In this document: one piece after another, positions 19,876 to 28,868 of the stretch
Position numbering within the stretch: position 1 is the first letter of the stretch
Layout of the letters: each line of letters opens with the position of its first letter
Source: Candidatus Latescibacterota bacterium
GTDB lineage: Bacteria; Latescibacterota; UBA2968; GCA-2709665
Length of the DNA stretch: 64,000 nucleotides
Direction of reading: 5' to 3'
Assembly (NCBI GenBank): GCA_965208835.1
Contig: OZ242358.1
Location: 864,001-928,000, forward strand
The notes under the pieces: model-generated
The model's database searches: none
Seen by the model: only the letters and a program-made list of their open reading frames with translations
Told to the model about the DNA's origin: nothing
Position numbers and translations under genes: made by a program

Positions 19876-20220
19876 TCTCTATCTCCCACACACGGTTGAT
19901 GGACCGTCCACGTCCGGCGGCGACCGGACACAATAAAACCCGGGCGGGAAAACAGTACGGCAAGCCCGGGGACTGACTCGTTTTCAGACTCGGCTTTCTC
20001 CAGTTGACGGTGGTTTGCGGCGTCTATCCGCCCCACCGTCGCATGGTGCCGCGCGGCACATCAATATATCGGACTTCCGGTGTCCGGTCAACCCATTTCT
20101 GGCAGAGTCACGAGGTAGGAGACGGTCCCGCAGGTTGTCGTGCCACAACGACTCTCAGGGGCCGGCGGGATTTGCAAATCCGCATGCATTGCCCGCTGAA
20201 TCCGCTCCGAAAATTTCCAC

Positions 20221-20249
20221 TTGCAAACGTCGTGCGGCCGGACTATATT
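20221..20249 (+). promoter_or_regulatory. putative sigma70 promoter of the pyrB leader
   Basis: TTGCAA, 17 bp, TATATT, just upstream of the leader ORF. Confidence 0.5.
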
Positions 20250-20259
20250 TGCCCTCCAG

Positions 20260-20334
20260 ATGGGAATCTATTCTATACGAAATCGAATTTCCCGGATTTC
20301 CGGCTCCCCGGCTGCTGTCATTCAGCTCCCCTGA
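20260..20334 (+). CDS. putative pyrB leader peptide (24 aa, MGIYSIRNRISRISGSPAAVIQLP)
   Basis: Short ORF whose TGA falls in the loop of the attenuator hairpin, analogous to E. coli pyrL. No clear SD. Confidence 0.45.
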   Translation: MGIYSIRNRISRISGSPAAVIQLP

Positions 20335-20349
20335 CGGGGAGTTTTTTTT
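20326..20349 (+). terminator. intrinsic terminator / attenuator upstream of pyrB
   Basis: CTCCCC-TGAC-GGGGAG followed by T8, 17 nt before the pyrB ATG. Confidence 0.8.
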
Positions 20350-20366
20350 GTGAGAAAGGGTGCTCG

Positions 20367-21293
20367 ATGGACAGCCTGTTCCACGTGGTCGAGGCGCAGC
20401 AGTTCAATCGGGAATTGCTGACGGAGATTTTCGCGGTGACCAAGGAGATGGAGGAAGTGGTGAGCGTCTACGGGTCCAGCATTCTCAACCGCCGGATCAT
20501 GGCCACGCTGTTTTACGAACCCAGTACCCGCACCCGGCTGTCTTTCGAGTCGGCCATGATTCGTCTGGGGGGCAGCGTCGTAACGACGGAGTCAGCGCGG
20601 GAGTTTTCCTCGGCGGCGAAGGGTGAGACCCTCGAGGACACCATCCGGATTGTGGAAGGATACGCGGACGTGATCGTGCTTCGGCACTACGAAGGGGGAT
20701 CCGCGAAGCGGGCGGCAGAGGTGGCGTCTGTGCCGGTCCTTAACGCCGGCGACGGTCCCGGCCAGCATCCCACACAGGCCTTGCTGGACGTCTATACCAT
20801 CCAGAAGGAGATCGGCCGGCTGGACGGGATTTCAGTAGCGATGGTGGGAGACCTCGCCAACGGCCGAACGGTGCGTTCGCTGGCGTACCTGCTCACCCGG
20901 TACAAAGACGTCAAGCTGTATTTCGTCGCGCCCGAACTGGTACGGATGAAGGCCGACATCAAGGAATACCTGAGCCGCAACGGGGTGTACTTCGAGGAAC
21001 GGGAAGACTTGATCGAGGTCGTGCGGGAGGTCGACGTGGTGTATCAGACGCGGATCCAGAGGGAACGGTTCGGCGACCGCACGGTGGACTACGAAGCGGC
21101 CCGGGGGCGATACATCATCGATACGAAGGTGATGGAGGCACTCTCCGATAATGGCCGCGTGATGCACCCCCTGCCACGCGTGGACGAGATCGACCCCGTT
21201 GTGGACACGGACCCCCGTGCGGCCTATTTCCGGCAGGCGCACAACGGCCTGTACATTCGAATGGCGCTGCTGAAGATGGTGTTGGCCGCGTGA
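20367..21293 (+). CDS. pyrB: aspartate carbamoyltransferase catalytic subunit (plant-like)
   Basis: FYEPSTRTRLSFE, HPTQALLD and MHPLPR. SD GAAAGGG before ATG 20367. Confidence 0.96.
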   Translation: MDSLFHVVEAQQFNRELLTEIFAVTKEMEEVVSVYGSSILNRRIMATLFYEPSTRTRLSFESAMIRLGGSVVTTESAREFSSAAKGETLEDTIRIVEGYADVIVLRHYEGGSAKRAAEVASVPVLNAGDGPGQHPTQALLDVYTIQKEIGRLDGISVAMVGDLANGRTVRSLAYLLTRYKDVKLYFVAPELVRMKADIKEYLSRNGVYFEEREDLIEVVREVDVVYQTRIQRERFGDRTVDYEAARGRYIIDTKVMEALSDNGRVMHPLPRVDEIDPVVDTDPRAAYFRQAHNGLYIRMALLKMVLAA

Positions 21294-21303
21294 TGGTTTG
21301 CAG

Positions 21304-22043
21304 CTAACTCCGCGTCGCGATCAAGGCGGCGAGAGGTTTCTGCGCCAGGAAGTTGTCCCAGAAGGCCGCCTCCGGCTCGGCGGGGTCGAGGGAGGCGTCG
21401 ATCCAGCGGAAGTCGGTGAATCCGCTGTCTCGCATCGCCCGCTCATAGGTGGCGGGCGCCAGGTGGAAATTGTCGAACTCGAACACCTGGCCGTCTGGGT
21501 TGGTGATGCGATAGCGGATGATGTCGCCTTCCAGTAACGGATAGCGGCAGGTCCTTTCCAGGCCGTACTTCGACAGCGACTGACCCGGCTGAGGGGGCTC
21601 GCGTACGTTGTGGTTGAACCCAACCAGCATCCCGTCCGGAGGCAGGGCGCGGAAACAGGCGCGGCAGAAGGACGCCAGTTCGTCAGCCGTCCGTGCGTAG
21701 TTGAACAGATAGATGGCCGTAACGATATCCACCGGCGCTTCCGGTTCGTACAGGGCGGCGTCCTGGCAAACGAACCGGCAGCCGATCGGGTCCGCCCGCT
21801 CCTCGGCCTCGGCCAGCGCGATCATCTCCGGCGAGACGTCGACCCCAGTTACCGAGGACGCGCCGGCACGCTTGAACTGACGCGCATAGATCCCCTCCCC
21901 GCAGGCCAGGTCCAGCACGGTCTTCCCGCGCAGATCGCCCAATAGTTGGTACACCGTATAACGCTCGATGGCGTGACGGAACGGGAGAAGCTTCGATCGC
22001 GGTATTGCTCGGCGATGTCGTCATAAGGCTTCCGAGATGTCAT
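21304..22043 (-). pseudogene. class I SAM-dependent methyltransferase, frameshifted near the N-terminus
   Basis: VLDLACGEG motif I. MTSRKPYDDIAEQYRD from ATG 22043 is out of frame with KLLPFRHAIERYTVYQLL; one extra base at ~21995 restores the ORF. Confidence 0.72.
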
Positions 22044-22053
22044 GGAAATGACC

Positions 22054-23826
22054 CTACTGAAACGGCCCAATGTCCGGCATGGTCAACACCCCGGGCGCGG
22101 GGATGAGTCCCAGGCGACGCGCGAGCGTGAAGATCGGTTGAAGTCTGCGCATTGTATGGACGTATGCGGACGCGGCGACGGACTCACCGCTGCGGACAAT
22201 GCCGTGTTCCAGGAGATATTCCCAGGTGGATTTCGCCCTGGGAAAGACCCTGAACCGGAGTTCGGCATCCGGCGATAACTGTGCCGCCTCGCGAACGTGT
22301 TTCATCGCTGTCTGAAAACCCCCTAGTGCGTCCACCAGCCCCAGCTTTCTGGCGTCCTCTCCGGTCCAGATCCGGCCTCTGGCGATGTCGAGCACCTGCT
22401 CCTTCGGCAGCGAACGCCCCTCGGCCACCTTGTCGGTAAAGTCCTCGTACACCGTGTCCAGCCAGTTCTGAAACAATGTCCACTCTTCGTCGGAGAAGTC
22501 TTTGGTGCCCGTCCACATCGTGGAATGTGCGCTCGTGTGGACTTCATCCCACGAGATCCCGGTTTTCTCCCACAGCCCCGACGTGAGCATCTTGCCCGCC
22601 ACCACGCCTATCGAACCGGTAATCGTCCCCGGCTGCGCTACGATTTTGTCAGCGGCCATGGCCACGAAGTACCCGCCGGAGCCCGCCACGTCGCCCATGG
22701 ATACGACCACCGGTTTGCCGGCTTCGCGGGCACGGACGGTCTCGCGCCATATCGCGTCCGAGGCCACGTAGGATCCGCCGGGACTGTCCACACGGAAGAG
22801 GATCGCTTCGACCTCGTCGTCCCGGGCCGCATTCCGGAAGGCCCTGGCGACCGTATCCGATCCCATCGTGGTCTCGCCGGAGGCGGGGTCGAAATCGCTC
22901 TTGCCACGCGTCACGCTGCCGACACCGTAGATCAGCGCCACTGTCTCGGCCTGTTCGTGGTCGTCCTCTAGCCGGTTCAGGTATTTTCGCAGCGTCAGAA
23001 ACTTCGCGCCGGCGTCGACCTGTTCCTTCACGCGCTCGTAAACCTCGTCCCGGTATGCCAGACCGTCAATCAGTCCGGCCTCGAGCGCATCTTTCGCGAA
23101 GAACGGACCCCGATCGAAGAGGTCGCGGACAGCCTCCGGCAATAGGCCGCGCTTGTCCCCGATTCCCCGGACCAGCTGATCGAATTGCGAGTCCATCACC
23201 GCCTGCGTCGCTTCTTTGTGGGCGGGCGTGTACTGGCGTTCGGTGTAGACATTTTTCGCGCTCTTGTACTCATCCCGATGGTCCATACGGGGGACGATAC
23301 CCAGCTTTTCCAGCATTCCGCTGATGAATGGGGTCTCTGCGATCAGACCGGTCAGCCCGACGACGCCGGAAGGCTGAAGATAAATCTCGTCGAACGCGGA
23401 CGCGAGATAATAGGCGCCGTTGCCCGGACCGAACTCGCCGAATGTCTCGGCGTAGGCGACCGCCGGTTTGCCGCTCTCACCGAAGGCGTGGACGGCGTCT
23501 CGCACCTCCTGCAGCCGGGCGAGACCCATACCGCTGTTCCCGGCCCTTGCCAGAAGCGCCACGACGCGCTCGTCCGACGCGGCCCGGTGGAGGCCTTCCA
23601 CCAGATCGCGCACGGTTACCGCATCGGGGAACAGGATTTCGGCGATCGGATTACCCGGTACGTACTCGGGAAGATTCCGTTCCAGGTTTATTTCCAGGAT
23701 CGTGAATCGCGGGACCTCTTCACCTTGCCTGTAGATCAGCGCGACGGCGACTGCCGCAAGTACGATGACGAACAGTGTGGCCACGCCGCCGATAATGGCA
23801 AAGACCTTGATTGCGATCCGCTTCAT
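22054..23826 (-). CDS. sppA: signal peptide peptidase SppA (protease IV, long form)
   Basis: N-terminal TM helix, YKSA, RVDSPGGS, SMGDVAGSGGY, TITGSIGV and GRIWTG. GGAGG SD before ATG 23826. Confidence 0.95.
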   Translation of the reverse strand: MKRIAIKVFAIIGGVATLFVIVLAAVAVALIYRQGEEVPRFTILEINLERNLPEYVPGNPIAEILFPDAVTVRDLVEGLHRAASDERVVALLARAGNSGMGLARLQEVRDAVHAFGESGKPAVAYAETFGEFGPGNGAYYLASAFDEIYLQPSGVVGLTGLIAETPFISGMLEKLGIVPRMDHRDEYKSAKNVYTERQYTPAHKEATQAVMDSQFDQLVRGIGDKRGLLPEAVRDLFDRGPFFAKDALEAGLIDGLAYRDEVYERVKEQVDAGAKFLTLRKYLNRLEDDHEQAETVALIYGVGSVTRGKSDFDPASGETTMGSDTVARAFRNAARDDEVEAILFRVDSPGGSYVASDAIWRETVRAREAGKPVVVSMGDVAGSGGYFVAMAADKIVAQPGTITGSIGVVAGKMLTSGLWEKTGISWDEVHTSAHSTMWTGTKDFSDEEWTLFQNWLDTVYEDFTDKVAEGRSLPKEQVLDIARGRIWTGEDARKLGLVDALGGFQTAMKHVREAAQLSPDAELRFRVFPRAKSTWEYLLEHGIVRSGESVAASAYVHTMRRLQPIFTLARRLGLIPAPGVLTMPDIGPFQ

Positions 23827-24027
23827 GGCAGACCTCCATCGGAAAGGTACGGAAGAAAGCACGGACGCATTTAAACCGACGTCCAGGTTCTCGATATCGG
23901 AAAAGACTGTTATCCCATTCAAAGAGAAAACCGGAAACCGCCGCCTGCGACGATGAACTATCCATCGCCCAGGCCGACACTTCCGGCTGCGCGGATCCGG
24001 GGTTTCCGTGAGAGATGAGAGACCGGA

Positions 24028-24288
24028 TCAGGCGCCTGCTCGCAGTTCCACCTCCCAGCCCGGGAACACCAGGACGGCCGGATGGCAGGTTAACGCTCGT
24101 GCCAGTACCTTGGCGCGCTCAACGCCAAGCCGGATTCGTCCGTTTTCGATGGCCGAAATTGTCGGCTGAGGGATTCCGGTGCGCCTGGCAAGTTCATTCT
24201 GGCTGAGTTTCTGAAGTTCGCGGATTGTGCGGACCGATTCTCCTACGGAGACAGCCGCGCGCTTCTTCGCATTGCGGTGATTTCCCAT
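24028..24288 (-). CDS. XRE HTH antitoxin (HigA-like)
   Basis: VGESVRTIRELQKLSQNELARRTGIPQPTISAIENG, directly downstream of a RelE-like gene. Confidence 0.85.
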   Translation of the reverse strand: MGNHRNAKKRAAVSVGESVRTIRELQKLSQNELARRTGIPQPTISAIENGRIRLGVERAKVLARALTCHPAVLVFPGWEVELRAGA

Positions 24289-24305
24289 CTCGTTATCTCC
24301 CGTAC

Positions 24306-24566
24306 TCACTGTCCGCGTATGGCCCTTACACGGATTTCCCGTTTCTTGACTCTGTAGACAACGCGCCATCCGCCGTCCAGCCAGGACTGTCGCCGGCCCT
24401 TCTTCTTTCCCGGACGCGATTCGTCACGAAAACCCTCAATGCCTCTGACGCCTTCCGGGCCCGATAGGAATACCACGTCCTTCCAGGTCTCGTAGCGTTT
24501 TAGGGCCTTCGCGGGGATCGAATCGACCTGCCTGCCGACCCTGCGATGTTCGACGACGGTCCACAT
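24306..24566 (-). pseudogene. degenerate RelE/HigB-type mRNA interferase toxin
   Basis: KRYETWKDVV..SGPEGVRGIEGFRDE..WRVVYRV outlines the fold. The expected HDEAL, RSSRL and C-terminal HDY motifs are altered or lost. Confidence 0.6.
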
Positions 24567-24610
24567 ATTAAATAATATATAGTCTAAAAATAATATAAAA
24601 ACAAAAAATC

Positions 24611-24733
24611 GGTGAGACGTAAGACGGGAGAGGGGAGAGATTGCCTGCCTTGTGAGGTTTCTTCTCAAGCCGGGTGCAAGGAGGAATCAAACATCGGGCA
24701 GGGACTTCCTCTACCGGCTTCCCTCTACCGTCT
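24611..24733. repeat. ~125-bp dispersed repeat, copy 2
   Basis: Aligns with 13737-13868. Confidence 0.8.
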
Positions 24734-24836
24734 GCCTGGTGGCTTCTTTTTTGCCATTTTCTGTTGACAAAGGACGATGGTACCGTGCATGTTTATTGTT
24801 GAATCGGGAAGTGCGGTTTTCGACGTTGAGGTCCAA

Positions 24837-25808
24837 ATGGGCGATGTACTCAAGGTGGAGCATATCGAGGCCGAGCCGGGGCAGCGGCGGGACGGCTATC
24901 TCAAGGTCGGAGAGATGCAGGATAACTCCCCGTCACGCCTTCCCATGGTGCTGGTGAACGGTGCGGAGCCGGGACCGACGCTGTACCTGCAGGCCGCAAG
25001 CGACGGAGACGAACTGAACGGAATCGCCGTGATCAGACGCGTGTTGAAACGGCTGGACCCCGCGGTTCTGAAGGGCAGGTTGATTGCGACCCTGATCGTC
25101 AACTTCCACGCCTTTCACGCGGGGGAGTCGCTGAATCCCGTTGACGGAAAGAAGATGAACCGGTGCTTTCCAGGTCGCAAGGAGGGCACGTCGAGCGAGC
25201 GTGTGGCGTATAGACTCTTCCATCGTGCCGTGAAACAGGCGGACTATTGTATCGATCTGCACCAGGGCGGCGTCCGGCCCATGATCGACGAAGTCCGCGT
25301 GAGGGTGGACCGGCGGAAACGCATCCATCGGGCGTGTATGGAAATGGCCCGTATTTTTGGCATTGGGTACATTCTGGACTGCCGGGGTCCGGAAGGTCAG
25401 CTGGCGCGCGCCGCGCCGGATGAAGGGATTCCAACGATCGATCCGGAGCTGGGAGGCTGTCTCGGTTGGGATGAAGACAGCATAAAGAAGGGCGTGACGG
25501 GGGTGGAGAATATTCTGAAGTACTACGGATTTATCGAGGGCCGCCCGCAAACTCCGCGTCGTCAGATCGTTGTGGACGGCTTCCTGTCGCTCCTGGCCGC
25601 CCGCGGCGGCTTTCTGGATTACCGGGCCGCACTATACGATCATCTGCAGAAGGGCGACCCCGTAGCGGACGTGACCGATCCTTTCGGCAGGGTTCTCGAG
25701 ACCGTTTACGCCCCTCAGGATTCCATATTCTGGGCGAGGTCGCTGCGGCCGATGGTCGCCACCGGCGAAGCACTGGCCATGCTCGGGAAGAATATACGCT
25801 ACGTGTAA
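24837..25808 (+). CDS. succinylglutamate desuccinylase/aspartoacylase family (M14) protein
   Basis: DGDELNG, MNRCFPG, IDLHQ, ELGG and a C-terminal barrel-sandwich segment. Confidence 0.88.
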   Translation: MGDVLKVEHIEAEPGQRRDGYLKVGEMQDNSPSRLPMVLVNGAEPGPTLYLQAASDGDELNGIAVIRRVLKRLDPAVLKGRLIATLIVNFHAFHAGESLNPVDGKKMNRCFPGRKEGTSSERVAYRLFHRAVKQADYCIDLHQGGVRPMIDEVRVRVDRRKRIHRACMEMARIFGIGYILDCRGPEGQLARAAPDEGIPTIDPELGGCLGWDEDSIKKGVTGVENILKYYGFIEGRPQTPRRQIVVDGFLSLLAARGGFLDYRAALYDHLQKGDPVADVTDPFGRVLETVYAPQDSIFWARSLRPMVATGEALAMLGKNIRYV

Positions 25809-25834
25809 ACAGAAGTCGCGGTGTTGCAGGGTGA

Positions 25835-26098
25835 TTATCCGCGGGCGGATCTTACGGCGTCGATGCGTTCGCGAACGACGGGGCGGATGTACACCTCCTC
25901 CAGCGATAGCTGTGCGAATTCCCGCGTGAAAATCTCATTTCGTGTTCTTACCTCAGCGCTTCGGTTCAGGATAAAGCGTCGCTTGCCTTTCACCATGCAC
26001 AGGCCGCCGTTGCCGCCTTCGAGATTCGCGTACGTGACGGGGATGTCCATGCGCTCGGCGAGGGCTTCGAATTCCTGCAATAGCTGGGTATCGGTCAT
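25835..26098 (-). CDS. small hypothetical protein (87 aa)
   Basis: GGLCMVKGKRRFILN..LEEVYIRPVVRE looks like a real globular protein; convergent with the preceding gene. Confidence 0.7.
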   Translation of the reverse strand: MTDTQLLQEFEALAERMDIPVTYANLEGGNGGLCMVKGKRRFILNRSAEVRTRNEIFTREFAQLSLEEVYIRPVVRERIDAVRSARG

Positions 26099-26356
26099 AA
26101 CGGTCAGGAAACAAGCTTTAAGCCGTCAGCCATTAGCCGTCCGCTAAACCGGTTAGCGATACGGACGCGCGACGCCAATCAGTTGGAAATATAAACAACA
26201 AGGTACGGATATACAACGGTACTGTAATGAACTCGAAGTACCCTTCGGAGATGACTCGAATGGGACCTCAGATGGACGTTGAGCGAATGGAGAGCGATTA
26301 CCGAGGCGTATGGTACTGTTGCGGAACCGGTCCGGAAGCCGTACAGGTGCATCTGT

Positions 26357-27166
26357 ATGACAACAATCGAACTTCATACGTTTACTGGCCCGAAAGCCTT
26401 CGGCAGGGCATACGGGGCTATGCTCGACAACGACCCTCATGCCGAAGGAAGCGTTGACCGCACGATCATGTCGGGCATGATCAGGCTTTGCAGCAAAACC
26501 GTGGCGTACCTTTACGAGGATTTCACGGACCTGGCGACAGGTTATGTTGAAAGTTCCCGACCGGTCCTGGAAGCATTGCTCGCGCAGGCTGAATTACCCA
26601 CTGGCGATCAGGAGCGGCAGGTTACCCGGATCGCTGAACTCACTCGAGGACTGGATCACGAAGATGCGCCTGGCAAGTTGGCCGATCTGAAGTTCGGTGG
26701 AACCGAAGAGGAGATCATTGCGAGGGGCACGGACTGGTGTACCGACGTGGCGCGCGTGGGGTGCACGTTGTATCAGGTTGCCGGCTTCCCCAGCCGAATT
26801 GTGAATCTCTTCAATCTCAATGCTGCCTACAGCTGACACGTGATCGTCGAAGTCCATCGACTGGGAACGTGGGGCGCCGTCGACACGAATTCGGGGATCG
26901 TCTATCGGAAGGACGACGGCCGGCCGGCAACGACGTGGGACCTGATGAACGACGCTGAATTGGTTATGCGGCACGAGGGTCCTGAAGGCCGGCATATGCG
27001 GCCGTCCCAGTTTACATCAGCCGGAATCGCCAACTACAATGTGTGTGATTCGGACACCTATGACTATACCGTAAGCGGATTGAACGATTACTATCGCGCA
27101 ATCCTGACCATGGCAAAAAGGGGCTGGCCTGGCGGGCTTCGATGGCTGCATGGCGAGGCCGATTAG
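26357..27166 (+). pseudogene. transglutaminase-like protein interrupted by an in-frame TGA
   Basis: Triad motifs WCTDVAR (Cys), YS*HVIVEV (His) and WGAVD (Asp) lie in one frame across TGA 26834-26836. Confidence 0.75.
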
Positions 27167-27167
27167 A

Positions 27168-27782
27168 ATGAAAAACGAAAACCCTCCTCGCTGTATCATC
27201 TTCGATCTGTCTGAAGTTTTCATCGCCGGGCTTCCCGGAGTCGAGAAGCGTATCTCGACAGCGCTCTCCATTCCCGAAGAAGGTCTGCTGGAGTGCTTTG
27301 GGGGAGAACCGGTGATGCAGGTCCTGAGAGGGGAGATATCGGAGGATTCCTATCTGGGCGGGATTCTGGAGCGAACGGGCTGGGACCTGGGTCTGGCGCC
27401 GCTCAAACGCATGCTCAGGGACAACTTCCACGTCCGGATCGATGGTTCTCTCGATATTCTTCGCGAAGTTGAGAAAACACATCGTGTTGCCTTGCTGTCG
27501 GACCACGTGCGGGAATGGGTTCGATACATCAGGTCGATCCATCCGTTTCTGGGCATATTCGACGATCGGTTCTACTCGTTCGAGCTGGGCAAGACCAAGT
27601 CCGACCCGACGGTCTTCCCGGTAGTACTCCGTTCGCTGGGGTACCAACCGCAGGAGTGTCTGTTTATCGACGATCGAATCCGGAACGTGAGGAGTGCGGA
27701 ATCGATCGGCCTGCCGTCCATTCACTTTCGAAACGCGGGGCAGTTGAGGGCCGATCTGAGAAGACGACGGGTACTGCCCTGA
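27168..27782 (+). CDS. HAD family hydrolase
   Basis: IIFDLSEV, LLSD, KTKSDP and FIDDRIRN. Confidence 0.88.
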   Translation: MKNENPPRCIIFDLSEVFIAGLPGVEKRISTALSIPEEGLLECFGGEPVMQVLRGEISEDSYLGGILERTGWDLGLAPLKRMLRDNFHVRIDGSLDILREVEKTHRVALLSDHVREWVRYIRSIHPFLGIFDDRFYSFELGKTKSDPTVFPVVLRSLGYQPQECLFIDDRIRNVRSAESIGLPSIHFRNAGQLRADLRRRRVLP

Positions 27783-27908
27783 CGTCGCAAGACCCGAACA
27801 GACACGACGCATGACGTCGCGTACAACGGGACCCCGAAATGGCGGCCGCTCCGGAATCAGGCCGCAATCAGGCGAACCACCGGGTCCATGTGAAAAAGGG
27901 ACAGAACA

Positions 27909-28796
27909 GTGATCGAGATATTGTCTCACGACCGTGCCGAGGACCTGATTTCCAATACCGCCGCGTACCTGGAAACGCGCGAGAGCGAACACAATCTTCC
28001 GCTCGGCCTCATGTACGGGCTTGCCGGAAATCCGCAGCGCTACGGCGTCGAGCCGCCCGTGATGCTGAGTGTCATGGATCGGGGCCGGGCCGTCGGAATG
28101 GCAATCCTGACGCAGGGAAGAAAACTCATCCTCAGCAGATTCGAAGCGAAGACCGAGGATGCGGTGATTCCATTGGTACGCCATCTGCGAATGAATGAGG
28201 TCCCCATACCCGGTGTCGTCGGGCCGGAGGATGAAGCCCGCGTCTTTTCCGATCGCTGGGCCGAAGCCGTGCCCGGCGGTTCAGCCACTCTGACCATGCG
28301 AATGCGCGCCTTCGAAATCAGGGAGGTCGCCGACGTGCCGCTTTCCGGAGGGGTAATGCGCCTGGCGTCAATGGATGATCACGCGCTGACGGCGCGGTGG
28401 ACTTCGGAATTCTCGGAGCAGATCGGCGAGCCAATGGATCCGGACGCGGCAGCCGGCGCCGCCGAGCGGTACATTCAAACTGAACAGCTGTACATCTGGG
28501 ACCGCGGCGGCCCTGTTTCCATGGCGAAGACTTCGCGTGCGACCAGAAACGGTATCACCATCAATGGCGTGTATACGCCTGCTGAGCATCGCAATAAAGG
28601 ATACGCGACGTCCTGCGTGTGGTCGCTGACGAAGAAGCTGCTCTCGGACGACTATTCGTTCTGCAGCCTGTTTACGGATCAGCTGAATCCCACGTCCAAC
28701 AGCATCTATCAGAATATCGGCTACAGGCCGGTGGGGGATGCGTTGACCTATGATTTCGTGTATTTCGATCAGGGTGAACCCAACGTATCCCCTTGA
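27909..28796 (+). CDS. GNAT family N-acetyltransferase (two-domain)
   Basis: INGVYTPAEHRNKGYA and LFTDQLNPTSNSIYQNIGY. Confidence 0.9.
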   Translation: MIEILSHDRAEDLISNTAAYLETRESEHNLPLGLMYGLAGNPQRYGVEPPVMLSVMDRGRAVGMAILTQGRKLILSRFEAKTEDAVIPLVRHLRMNEVPIPGVVGPEDEARVFSDRWAEAVPGGSATLTMRMRAFEIREVADVPLSGGVMRLASMDDHALTARWTSEFSEQIGEPMDPDAAAGAAERYIQTEQLYIWDRGGPVSMAKTSRATRNGITINGVYTPAEHRNKGYATSCVWSLTKKLLSDDYSFCSLFTDQLNPTSNSIYQNIGYRPVGDALTYDFVYFDQGEPNVSP

Positions 28797-28868
28797 TGAG
28801 TTAATGAACCGGATGCACGGTGGAATTGAAACGGAACTCGAACGCGAATCCTGAGGACGGAGTCTGCC

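Noticed and set aside
20004-20366. 120-aa N-terminal extension of PyrB in the ORF track
   Set aside because: It spans a promoter-like element and a terminator. Homology and the SD begin at ATG 20367.
28800-28832. GTTAATGAACCGGATGCACGGTGGAATTGAAAC as a CRISPR repeat
   Set aside because: Single copy with no leader. It also reads as a plausible C-terminal gene remnant.
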